Assembly (NCBI GenBank): GCA_030526225.1
Contig: JAUNDF010000025.1
Coordinates: forward strand, 1-28,200
Length of the DNA: 28,200 bases
Direction of reading: 5' to 3'
Origin: Clostridia bacterium
Lineage (GTDB): Bacteria; Bacillota; Clostridia; Christensenellales; Aristaeellaceae
Made by a program: the position numbers and the translations under genes
Shown here: positions 1 through 7,747 of the stretch, in pieces
How the letters are laid out: each line of letters begins with the position of its first letter
How positions within the stretch are numbered: position 1 is the first letter of the stretch
The notes under the pieces: generated by a model
Seen by the model: the letters and a program-made list of their open reading frames with translations, nothing else
What the model was told of the DNA's origin: nothing
Databases searched by the model: none

Positions 1-113
1 TGGCCAGCCAGCTGCTGAACACCCTGGTGGGCAGCTTCGGTCTGGTAGCCGCAGCTCCGCTGACGGCATTGATTGCCGCTGTCATGTATGTCCGCACGGC
101 AGATATCAAATAA
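1..113 (+). CDS. C-terminal end of a membrane protein (partial, enters from the left edge)
   Basis: Frame 3 is open from the window edge to TAA at 111-113. The tail ASQLLNTLVGSFGLVAAAPLTALIAAVMYVRTADIK is hydrophobic and TM-like. The family cannot be assigned from 36 residues. Confidence 0.4.
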   Translation, partial: ASQLLNTLVGSFGLVAAAPLTALIAAVMYVRTADIK

Positions 114-196
114 ACTGCTTAAAAAAACATGGCGCGAAGGTTTCCAAAGGGCGACCGCAAAGCCCTTTGGTCTCCTCCGCAGAGGCGAAATCACAG

Positions 197-239
197 CAAA
201 ACAGGCACCCTGCCCGTCAAGCAGGATGCCTGTTTTTTA
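197..239. terminator. Bidirectional intrinsic terminator between convergent genes
   Basis: Hairpin ACAGGCA (201-207) / TGCCTGT (227-233) with inner CCTGC/GCAGG. It is followed by T6 (234-239) and preceded by A4 (197-200). It lies between gene ends at 113 (+) and 249 (-). Confidence 0.6.
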
Positions 240-248
240 TGTCATCTG

Positions 249-1088
249 TTACTCGCCGTATACCGCCTTCATCAGCTGAGGCAGCACAGGCTCAAAGTGC
301 ACACCGTACCAGCGGTCATCATCATCGTTGGTAGCCCGCATACAGGCCAGCACAAAATCCGCGGCGGCTGCGGCGGCATCATAGGCAGATTTGCCGGTGA
401 GCAGCAGTCCTGTAAAAGCGGAGGCAAAGATGTCCCCGGTGCCGTGTCGGCTCTGCCGTTCCCTGTCATGGCGGTAATAGCTTGCATCGCCCTGCTGACT
501 GATCCATACACCGGTGGAATTTTCATCAAAGCCGACACCCGTCAGGATGATGTTTTTCGCGCCCAGCCCATGCAGCTTGCCGCACAGCCTGCCCACAAAC
601 ACCTTGTCATATTGCTCCTGATAGGGCGTGTCGGTGAGCAGACAGGCTTCGGTGATGTTGGGCAGCAGATAATCCGCACCGGCGCACAGGCGCTTCATCT
701 CATGGACAAAGGCTCCGTCAAAGCCGGTGTACAGCTTGCCGCCATCGGCCATGGCCGGGTCAATGATGCGAAGGCCGCCCGGCACAAGGCAGCGGGTCAT
801 GGCATCCAGCACCAGGTCAATCTGCCGCTTGCTGCCCAGATAGCCGGTGTACACGGCATCAAAGGCAATGCCCTCATCCGCCCATTTGGTGATGATGGGG
901 CTCATTTCCTCCGTCAAATCGTGAAAGGTAAAGCCGTGGAATTTGTCAGCCGTGTGGTTGGACAGCACCGCCGAGGGCAGAATGCATGTCTCCGCTCCGC
1001 AGGCGGAAATCACCGGCAGCGCCACGGTCAGGGAGCACTGCCCCACGCAGGAAATGTCCTGCACGGTCAGGATGCGCTTCGTTTTCAT
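249..1088 (-). CDS. pdxK: Pyridoxal/pyridoxamine kinase (PdxK/PdxY family, ribokinase fold)
   Basis: 279-aa ORF with a GAGGTG RBS upstream of the ATG. The N-terminus MKTKRILTVQDISCVGQCSLTVALPVISACG and the GTGDIFASAF motif near the C-terminus are typical of this kinase family. Stop is TAA. Confidence 0.85.
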   Translation of the reverse strand: MKTKRILTVQDISCVGQCSLTVALPVISACGAETCILPSAVLSNHTADKFHGFTFHDLTEEMSPIITKWADEGIAFDAVYTGYLGSKRQIDLVLDAMTRCLVPGGLRIIDPAMADGGKLYTGFDGAFVHEMKRLCAGADYLLPNITEACLLTDTPYQEQYDKVFVGRLCGKLHGLGAKNIILTGVGFDENSTGVWISQQGDASYYRHDRERQSRHGTGDIFASAFTGLLLTGKSAYDAAAAAADFVLACMRATNDDDDRWYGVHFEPVLPQLMKAVYGE

Positions 1089-1358
1089 TATCTGTCACCT
1101 CAAATTTCCCACACAAGCTTTTCCGGCTTGAGCTGGGGTACCTTGTCCCAAGAGGCAGTATAAACGGGAAATGTCATGAAAAAGGGCGGAGTATTGTAAA
1201 GAGTGGGAAAAGAATTGACAGCTTATTTTGCTGCCGGATATACCTTTTCCGATATTGTTGCTTGCTGTTGGATTTGCCGATGTCATTGAAAAGAGCCTCC
1301 CCAACGGGCACCACCTGCCTATGCAGGCTTGCCAAATCAGGAAGGCTCTTTCTTCATC

Positions 1359-1435
1359 TGGTGATCCCGGCGGGAGTCGAACCCACGGCCTGCTGCTTAG
1401 GAGGCAGCCGCTCTATCCTGCTGAGCTACGGAACC
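1359..1435 (-). tRNA. tRNA-Arg (anticodon CCU, reads AGG)
   Basis: The reverse complement GGTTCCGTAGCTCAGCAGGATAGAGCGGCTGCCTCCTAAGCAGCAGGCCGTGGGTTCGACTCCCGCCGGGATCACCA folds as a 77-nt cloverleaf. It has a 7-bp acceptor stem (two G-U pairs), D stem GCTC/GAGC, and anticodon stem GCTGC/GCAGC with loop CTCCTAA. The T arm is GTGGG-TTCGACT-CCCGC and the CCA is encoded. Confidence 0.9.
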
Positions 1436-1571
1436 ACATATCCAAATGGGACTGAACTATTATACCATATCAGCAGGCAAAAGACAACACGAAAAAGAGC
1501 GGCTGACGGCGGGGGCTGTCAGCCACATCATCGGGCACGATAATTCCGGTCGCGGCGATGCCGCCGCGGCG

Positions 1572-1808
1572 TTACTTCAGGGCGTTGTCGTCGCGCTGCT
1601 GTTTTTCTTCCTTGTCGGCCAGCTTCCAGGTGCGCCATGCGTAATAGAGCAGGTAGATGCCTGCCACGGCGAAAAGCACGATAAACAGAATCATAATGGG
1701 CATGGCCATGGTGGTGGGTTCATTGCGATTGCGGAAAAGGTCGTAGGCCAGATACAGGATGTACAGCCCCGCAATCACCACAATGGATGCGCGCGTTCTT
1801 TGATTCAT
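1572..1808 (-). CDS. Small two-TM membrane protein (78 aa) at the tail of the ABC operon
   Basis: I chose the internal start MNQRTRASIVVIAGLYILYLAY because a GGGAGAG RBS lies 6-8 nt upstream. The protein has two hydrophobic helices and a charged tail (KEEKQQRDD). A hairpin AGCCCCGTG/CACGGGGCT (1830-1856) separates it from the upstream permease. Stop is TAA. Confidence 0.55.
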   Translation of the reverse strand: MNQRTRASIVVIAGLYILYLAYDLFRNRNEPTTMAMPIMILFIVLFAVAGIYLLYYAWRTWKLADKEEKQQRDDNALK

Positions 1809-1862
1809 ACGGATTCTCTCCCATCGGAAAGCCCCGTGACCATGTGCCACGGGGCTGTTTTG

Positions 1863-3032
1863 TTACTTGGACTTTTTCTTGGACAGGATGTCAAACACCA
1901 CCGCGGCCAGAAGCACAAAGCCCTTGATGACGCGCTGATAGTTGGCGTCCAGACTGATGAGGCTCATGCCCAGGTTGATGACACCGATGAGCGTTGCGCC
2001 GATGACCATGCCCAGCACCGTGCCGGCACCGCCGCTGGCGGATACGCCGCCCACCACGCAGGCGGAGATGGCATCCATCTCAAAGTTCTTGCCCACATCG
2101 GCATAGGCGGACTGGCTGCGGGCCACCACGGTCATGGCGGCAATGCTGGTCAGCACGGCCATGTTCAGGTAGGCCAGGAACATAATCCGCTTGGTGTTTA
2201 CGCCGGAGAGGCGGGCTGCCTCGATGTTGCCGCCCACCACATAGAAATGGCGGCCGATGGTGGTCTTGGCGGTGATGAAGCTGTAGATGAGGATGATGGC
2301 TGCCACCCACACCAGCGTGGTGGGGATGCCGCCGTCCATGGCCAGCTTGGTCATCAGCAGCATGATGGCGGCGCATTCCAGCACCAGCTTGCCCACCATG
2401 TTCATCACCGGCTCCACCTCATAGTGCTTGCTCTGGCGCACCATGCGGCTGCGCACAGTGGTCAGCACCACCAGCAAGGCGGCCACAAGGCCTGTGATGA
2501 AGCAGACCCAGTTGAACACGCCCACCGGGGTGGCAAAGATGCGGCCGAAGAAAATACGGTTGAAGGCATCCGGGAAGGGTGCCAGCGAGCCTGTGGCAGA
2601 GTTGGAGGACAGGATGAAGGTGCCCAGACCGCGGAAGGCCAGGAAGCCCGCCAGGGTGGCAATCCACGGAGGGATGTTCACATAGGCAATCAGGAAGCCC
2701 AGCACCACGCCGTACAGGATGCCGATGAGCAGCAGCAATGCGATGGATGCGCCCACGCTCATCTTGTTGACAATCATGAACAGGCCGCCGAAGGCACCCA
2801 GCAGGCACACGAAGGAGCCGCAGCTCAGGTCGATGTTGCCGCCGGTGAGCATGCACATCAGCATACCGGCACCGAGAATGTACACGTAGGTGTTCTGATT
2901 AATCAGCTCGGAGAAGTTTGCCGGAGAGAAAATCTTGCCCTGGGTCAGGATGAGGAAGAGCAGATACACCAGAACCAGCGCCACCAGCATGGCATTCTTT
3001 TTCAGACCGGCCAGAATGGACTTTGTATTCAT
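1863..3032 (-). CDS. CUT2-family monosaccharide ABC transporter permease (RbsC/XylH-like)
   Basis: 389-aa polytopic ORF with an AGGAGG RBS 9 nt upstream. The motif GGNIDLSCGS and the C-terminal ...GFVLLAAVVFDILSKKK are typical of ribose/xylose-type permeases. Confidence 0.85.
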   Translation of the reverse strand: MNTKSILAGLKKNAMLVALVLVYLLFLILTQGKIFSPANFSELINQNTYVYILGAGMLMCMLTGGNIDLSCGSFVCLLGAFGGLFMIVNKMSVGASIALLLLIGILYGVVLGFLIAYVNIPPWIATLAGFLAFRGLGTFILSSNSATGSLAPFPDAFNRIFFGRIFATPVGVFNWVCFITGLVAALLVVLTTVRSRMVRQSKHYEVEPVMNMVGKLVLECAAIMLLMTKLAMDGGIPTTLVWVAAIILIYSFITAKTTIGRHFYVVGGNIEAARLSGVNTKRIMFLAYLNMAVLTSIAAMTVVARSQSAYADVGKNFEMDAISACVVGGVSASGGAGTVLGMVIGATLIGVINLGMSLISLDANYQRVIKGFVLLAAVVFDILSKKKSK

Positions 3033-3051
3033 ATTTCTGTTCCTCCTTTCC

Positions 3052-4329
3052 TCAGCGCTTCTTCTTGTTGCTCAGCACGTCAAACATCACGGCCAGCAGC
3101 AGCACCAGACCTTTGATGACCTTCTGGAAGTTGGCATCCACGCCGATGATGTACATGCCCTTGTTGATAACACCCATCAGGATGGCGCCGATGATCATGC
3201 CGGAAATCTTGCCCGTGCCGCCGTAAGCGGAGGCACCGCCGATAAAGCAGCTGGCGATGGCATCCATCTCGTAGCCTTCACCGTACACAGGGTCGATGCC
3301 CTTGGCGCGGGCGGCGGTCAGCACACCGGCAAGGCCTGCCAGCAGGCCCATGTTGGCATAAGCCAGCCAGTAAACGTTGCGGGTCTTGACGCCGGAAAGC
3401 GCCGTGGCCTTTTCGTTGCCGCCCACCGCGTACAGGTGACGGCCGAAGGTGGTCTTGTTGGTGATGTAGGCGTAGATGCCCAGCACCAGACCAATCCAGA
3501 TGAGAATCATGGGGAAGCCGCGGGAGCAGCTGAGCTTGAAGGCAATCCACAGGGTCATCAATGCGATGATGGCGGTGGAGATAATCTGCCCGGGGATGGA
3601 CTGCTGGATGCCCAGCTTCTTCTGCTTGACAATGTTGATGGCCTTGATGACCACAAACAGGATGGCACCGATGATGCCGATGGTCATGCAGGTCACGTTG
3701 AACTTGGCGATGAAGTTTTCGCCGATGATTTTTGCCAGCGCCGTGTTATCCTTGGTGAACACCGCATCCAGCGAGGGGATGCTCTGGCGGATGAAATCGG
3801 GGATGTAGCTTGTTTTGCCGTTGCCGAACACATCCAGGAAGGCCTGATTGGTCACGTCCACGCGCATGCCGTCCAGCACCACGTTGGTAAAGCCGCGGAA
3901 GGCGTACATGCCGGCCAGGGTGGCAATAAAGGCAGGCACGCGAATCTTCGCAATCCAGAAGCCCTGGAAGATGCCGATGGCAAGGCCGATGAGCAGCATC
4001 ACCAGCGTGGAAAGCCACGGATCCGCGCCGTTGGCCATCATGGTACAGCCGATGGCCGCGGAGAAGCACAGCACAGAGCCAACCGACAGGTCGATGTTGC
4101 CGCCGGTGAGGATGCACAGCAGCATGCCGGTGGAAAGCACAAACACGTAGGCGTTTTCGGCAATCAATGCCGTTACGTTGGCGGGGAGCAGAATCTTGCC
4201 TTCAGCACCCGGCCAGAAGTTGAACACCATGGTGACCAGAATCAGGGCCAGAATCATGGTGTATTTGCGGAAGAAGCCCGCCACCGCGCCTTTCTTCAAC
4301 AAGGGGGATTTTACCGCTCTTTCACTCAT
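3052..4329 (-). CDS. CUT2-family monosaccharide ABC transporter permease, long form (XylH/GguB-like)
   Basis: 425-aa polytopic ORF with [10 protein letters not shown] and ...[19 protein letters not shown], paralogous to the downstream permease. Its ATG overlaps the ATPase stop (ATGA at 4326-4329). Confidence 0.85.
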   Translation of the reverse strand: MSERAVKSPLLKKGAVAGFFRKYTMILALILVTMVFNFWPGAEGKILLPANVTALIAENAYVFVLSTGMLLCILTGGNIDLSVGSVLCFSAAIGCTMMANGADPWLSTLVMLLIGLAIGIFQGFWIAKIRVPAFIATLAGMYAFRGFTNVVLDGMRVDVTNQAFLDVFGNGKTSYIPDFIRQSIPSLDAVFTKDNTALAKIIGENFIAKFNVTCMTIGIIGAILFVVIKAINIVKQKKLGIQQSIPGQIISTAIIALMTLWIAFKLSCSRGFPMILIWIGLVLGIYAYITNKTTFGRHLYAVGGNEKATALSGVKTRNVYWLAYANMGLLAGLAGVLTAARAKGIDPVYGEGYEMDAIASCFIGGASAYGGTGKISGMIIGAILMGVINKGMYIIGVDANFQKVIKGLVLLLAVMFDVLSNKKKR

Positions 4330-5876
4330 GCCTCATCACCCTTTCCGGAGCCGAGAATCGTGGCCATGATGTTTTCCTGCGTGGCCTCGGAGGCCTTCAT
4401 CTCGCCCACGATTTTTGCTTCATTCATAATGTAGATGCGGTCGCTCATGCCCAGCACCTCCGGCAGCTCGGAGGAGATGAGAATCACGCTCTTGCCGGCG
4501 GCGGCCAGATCATTGATGATGCAGTAGATTTCATACTTGGCACCCACGTCAATGCCGCGGGTGGGCTCATCAAGAATGAGGATATCGGGCCCGGCAAACA
4601 TCCACTTGGCCAGCAGCACCTTCTGCTGGTTGCCGCCGGACAGGTTGCCCACCAGCTGCTCCACGGTGGGGGTCTTGGTCTTCAGCTTGCTCCGGTACTC
4701 CTCGGCCACGGCGTATTCCTTATCGCCGTCGATGACAGTGGATTTGGAAATGGCGCGCAGGTTGGCCAGGGATGTATTCACCTTGATGGACTGGGGCAGC
4801 ACCAGACCGTTGCCCTTGCGGTCCTCCGTTACATAGGCAATCTTGTGCTTGATGGCATCGGCGGCGGAGTGCTTCAGCTTTGTCTCCTTGCCGTTCAGGA
4901 ACAGCTTGCCGGAGAAATCCGTGCCGTAGGTGTAGCCGAAGATGGACATGGCCAGCTCCGTGCGCCCGGCACCCATCAGGCCGTAGATGCCCACCACTTC
5001 GCCCTTGCGGACGTTCATGGAAACGTTGTCAACCACCTTGCGCTCCACATAAATGGGGTGGTGAACCGTCCAGTCCTTCACCTCCAGGGAGATATCGCCG
5101 ATTTCAACATTTTCCCTTTTGGGGAAGCGGTTGGTCATTTCGCGGCCCACCATGCCCTTGATAATGCGCTCTTCGCTGACGGGCTCGGGACCGTGATTGT
5201 CGATGGTTTCAATGGTGGTGCCGTCGCGAAGCACCGTTATTTTATCCGCAACATAAGCGACCTCGTTCAGCTTGTGGGTGATGATAATCATGGTCATCCC
5301 CTGCTTTTTAAAGCTGAGCATCAGGTCCAGCAGCGCGCGGGAATCTTCTTCGTTAAGCGACGAGGTAGGCTCGTCGAGAATCAGCAGCTTGGCATGCTTG
5401 GCCAGCGCCTTGGCAATTTCCACCAGCTGCTGCTTGCCGGTGCCGATGGTGTTCACCTTCACCTTGCTGGATTCCGTCAGGCCCACCATCTTCAGGTACC
5501 GGTCGGCCTCGGCATAGGTCTCGTTCCAGTTGATGGCAAACTTGTGCCCGCGCTCGTTGCCCAGGTACATGTTTTCGCCGATGGTCATTTCGGGCACCAG
5601 TGCCAGCTCCTGATGGATGATGACGATGCCCAGCTTTTCCGAATCCTTGATGTTGTTGTGCTTGCAGACTTGTCCGTTGTAGATGATGTCACCCTCATAC
5701 GTTCCGTAGGGGTAAATGCCGCTGAGCACGTTCATCAGCGTGGATTTTCCGGCGCCGTTTTCGCCCACCAGGGCGTGAATCTCGCCTTCCTCCACCTGAA
5801 AATTCACGTTGTCCAGTGCCTTGACACCCGGAAAAGTCTTGGTGATATTTTTCATTTCCAGCAGTACCTTGGCCAT
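4326..5876 (-). CDS. Sugar ABC transporter ATP-binding protein with two fused ABC domains (MglA/XylG/RbsA type)
   Basis: The start [15 protein letters not shown] has a GGAGGAG RBS. The first ABC domain has Walker [10 protein letters not shown]. The second has Walker [10 protein letters not shown], the signature LSGGNQQK and [10 protein letters not shown]. Confidence 0.9.
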   Translation of the reverse strand: MAKVLLEMKNITKTFPGVKALDNVNFQVEEGEIHALVGENGAGKSTLMNVLSGIYPYGTYEGDIIYNGQVCKHNNIKDSEKLGIVIIHQELALVPEMTIGENMYLGNERGHKFAINWNETYAEADRYLKMVGLTESSKVKVNTIGTGKQQLVEIAKALAKHAKLLILDEPTSSLNEEDSRALLDLMLSFKKQGMTMIIITHKLNEVAYVADKITVLRDGTTIETIDNHGPEPVSEERIIKGMVGREMTNRFPKRENVEIGDISLEVKDWTVHHPIYVERKVVDNVSMNVRKGEVVGIYGLMGAGRTELAMSIFGYTYGTDFSGKLFLNGKETKLKHSAADAIKHKIAYVTEDRKGNGLVLPQSIKVNTSLANLRAISKSTVIDGDKEYAVAEEYRSKLKTKTPTVEQLVGNLSGGNQQKVLLAKWMFAGPDILILDEPTRGIDVGAKYEIYCIINDLAAAGKSVILISSELPEVLGMSDRIYIMNEAKIVGEMKASEATQENIMATILGSGKGDEA

Positions 5877-6005
5877 ACTTCTCCTCCACTTTTCCATCAG
5901 TTGATTGATTTGTTACAAAAAGTGAATGCATCCGTTTCCTGTTAGGAAAATTATACCACAAACAGGCGCGGATTTCAATTTGCTGTTTTTCTGCTTGTGC
6001 CATAA

Positions 6006-6040
6006 GAAAAAGGATGCAGGCGGGCAGAAGTCCGCCTGCA
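6006..6040 (-). terminator. Intra-operon hairpin (partial terminator or mRNA stabiliser) between the binding-protein and ATPase genes
   Basis: On the minus strand, TGCAGGCGG-N8-CCGCCTGCA (6015-6040) is followed by a T-rich run (complement of 6007-6011). It lies in the 204-nt gap between the SBP stop (6081) and the ATPase start (5876). Confidence 0.55.
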
Positions 6041-6080
6041 CCCCTCAGTTTTCAATGATGTGCCTTGTCGGGGCAATCAA

Positions 6081-7127
6081 TTACTTCAGCTGATCGGCAG
6101 TGTAGTAGCCGGAGTCAACCAGCAGAGCTTCGTAGTTGTTCACATCGGCGAACACGGGAGCGCACAGGAAGGAAGGAACAACAATCTTGTTGTTGTTGTA
6201 GGTTTCGGTGTCGTTGACGTCAACGGTTTCACCGGCCAGAATCTGGCCAACCATCTTCACAACCTGAGCAGCCAGGGTACGGGTATCCTTGAATACGGAC
6301 ATAGCCTGCTTGCCGGCAATCATGTTCTTCACGTTGGAGATATCGCAGTCCTGACCGGTGATGATGGGCCAGGTGCCGTCATAGTTGGCTTCCAGAGCGT
6401 TGGTTACGCCCAGAGCGGTGGAGTCGTTGGAGCACAGCCAAGCATCGATGTTGGTGCCGTCGGCATAGTAGGAAGAGATGATGGAGTCAGCACGCTGCTG
6501 AGCGATCTCGGTCTTCCAGGTGGGGGTGGCTACTGCGGAGAAGTCGATCTGGCCGGATACGACGACGATCTTGCCTGCGTCGATGTAGGGCTTCAGAACG
6601 TCCATAGCACCGCTGTAGAAGAAGTTGGCGTTGTTGTCACCGGGGTCGCCGGCGGTGATTTCCATCACGAAGGGGCCATCAGCATTGTCCAGATCCAGCT
6701 TTTCCTTGATGAAGTTGCCCTGTACCTGGCCAACCATGTAGTTATCAAAGGTAGCATAGTAGGAAACGCCGTCGGATTCCATCAGCAGACGGTCATAAGC
6801 GATGACCGGGATGCCCTTTTCCTTGGCCAGGTCCAGAGCGGAGCCGAGGGAGGAACCTTCGATTGCGGCGATAACGAGCACTTCGCAGCCGCTGTTGATC
6901 ATGTTGGTAACCTGATTCAGCTGCTGCTGAACGTCATTGGAGGCAAACTGCAGGTCTACGGTGTAGCCGGCAGCTTCCAGCTGCTTCTGCATGTTTTCGC
7001 CGTCCTGGTTCCAACGCTGCAGATCCTTGGTCGGCATGGAAACGCCAACCTTCTGGCCATCAGCCAGAGCACCGAAGCTGGCACATACCAGCATCAGAGA
7101 CAGCACGATTGCGAGAATCTTTTTCAT
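6081..7127 (-). CDS. Periplasmic-type monosaccharide-binding protein (CUT2; ChvE/MglB/XylF-like)
   Basis: The start MKKILAIVLSLMLVCASFGALADGQKVG (signal peptide) has an AGGAG RBS 10 nt upstream. The mature part (VGVSMPTKDLQRWNQDG...VIAYDRL) is typical of type I sugar-binding proteins. Stop is TAA. Confidence 0.85.
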   Translation of the reverse strand: MKKILAIVLSLMLVCASFGALADGQKVGVSMPTKDLQRWNQDGENMQKQLEAAGYTVDLQFASNDVQQQLNQVTNMINSGCEVLVIAAIEGSSLGSALDLAKEKGIPVIAYDRLLMESDGVSYYATFDNYMVGQVQGNFIKEKLDLDNADGPFVMEITAGDPGDNNANFFYSGAMDVLKPYIDAGKIVVVSGQIDFSAVATPTWKTEIAQQRADSIISSYYADGTNIDAWLCSNDSTALGVTNALEANYDGTWPIITGQDCDISNVKNMIAGKQAMSVFKDTRTLAAQVVKMVGQILAGETVDVNDTETYNNNKIVVPSFLCAPVFADVNNYEALLVDSGYYTADQLK

Positions 7128-7184
7128 ACGGGGCACGCTCCTTTTTGTTGTATGTGGGACGAAACAGCCCACTAATTTATATCA

Positions 7185-7213
7185 ACTATAACATCGCCAT
7201 AATGGGATGTCAA
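7185..7213 (-). promoter_or_regulatory. Sigma-70/SigA-type promoter of the sugar ABC operon
   Basis: The minus strand reads TTGACA (complement of 7208-7213), a 17-nt spacer, then TATAGT (complement of 7185-7190). It lies about 55 nt upstream of the SBP start codon. Confidence 0.6.
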
Positions 7214-7225
7214 TAGCTTATGGGC

Positions 7226-7281
7226 TGCATAACAGAATTATTATGCAATATTAAAACGGTTTTGCATGGATTTATGCATAA
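7226..7281. promoter_or_regulatory. Cluster of TTATGCA half-sites (candidate regulator binding sites) upstream of the -35
   Basis: TGCATAA-N8-TTATGCA forms an inverted repeat at 7226-7247. TGCAT-N6-ATGCA lies at 7263-7278 and extends to TTATGCATAA (7272-7281). Confidence 0.35.
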
Positions 7282-7667
7282 TTTTTCACACCCCTTCTGC
7301 AGCCCGAAACGGTCGTCCTGTCGGGCGTAACCCCACGGCGTGACACCCGTGTAACACAGCCGCCGCAAACAGGTCTGCAGTCCTGTTTTGAGGAAGGTTC
7401 AAAATCATTCTGCTTTTGTTGTATTTTGCTTTTGTTTTTCGTCCGAACATGTTTTTTATCCCCTTCCCTGCCATGTCCGCTGCCCAGGGAAGACATCAGA
7501 CATTCTGCCGTGTTCTCTTGGCTGTTATCCGGTTTTGGAAGGTGGATATGAAACAAAGTTACCATACCTGTCCTCCGATTGAATCGTTCTTATGCCCGGC
7601 ATGAATTTATATGCAGAGCGTCATACGCCTTTCTGCCATAAGCAGAAGCTATCCGGAAAAAGGCGGC

Positions 7668-7705
7668 AAAAAAAGGCCTGCAATCCCGCAAAAGGGACTG
7701 CAGAC
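7668..7705 (-). terminator. Intrinsic terminator of the Lnt-GGDEF gene
   Basis: On the minus strand, CTGCAGTCCC-TTTTGC-GGGATTGCAG (one G-U pair) is followed by GGCC and T7 (complement of 7668-7674). It lies about 45 nt after the stop at 7748. Confidence 0.7.
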
Positions 7706-7747
7706 CTTGGTTTTCATATGGTTTTCGAAAAGCCCTCCCCCACCCTG

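Noticed and set aside
1359-1435. Whether the only tRNA in the window could be the amber suppressor implied by the in-frame TAGs.
   Set aside because: The anticodon loop reads CTCCTAA, so the anticodon is CCT (Arg, AGG) and not CTA. No tRNA(CUA) is visible in this window. The question has to be settled genome-wide.
7416-7604. Small plus-strand ORFs in the 570-bp gap (62-64 aa), plus an 18-codon ORF MKQSYHTCPPIESFLCPA after GGAAGGTGG.
   Set aside because: RBS spacing is too short (2-5 nt). The composition is not protein-like, and there are no recognisable motifs.
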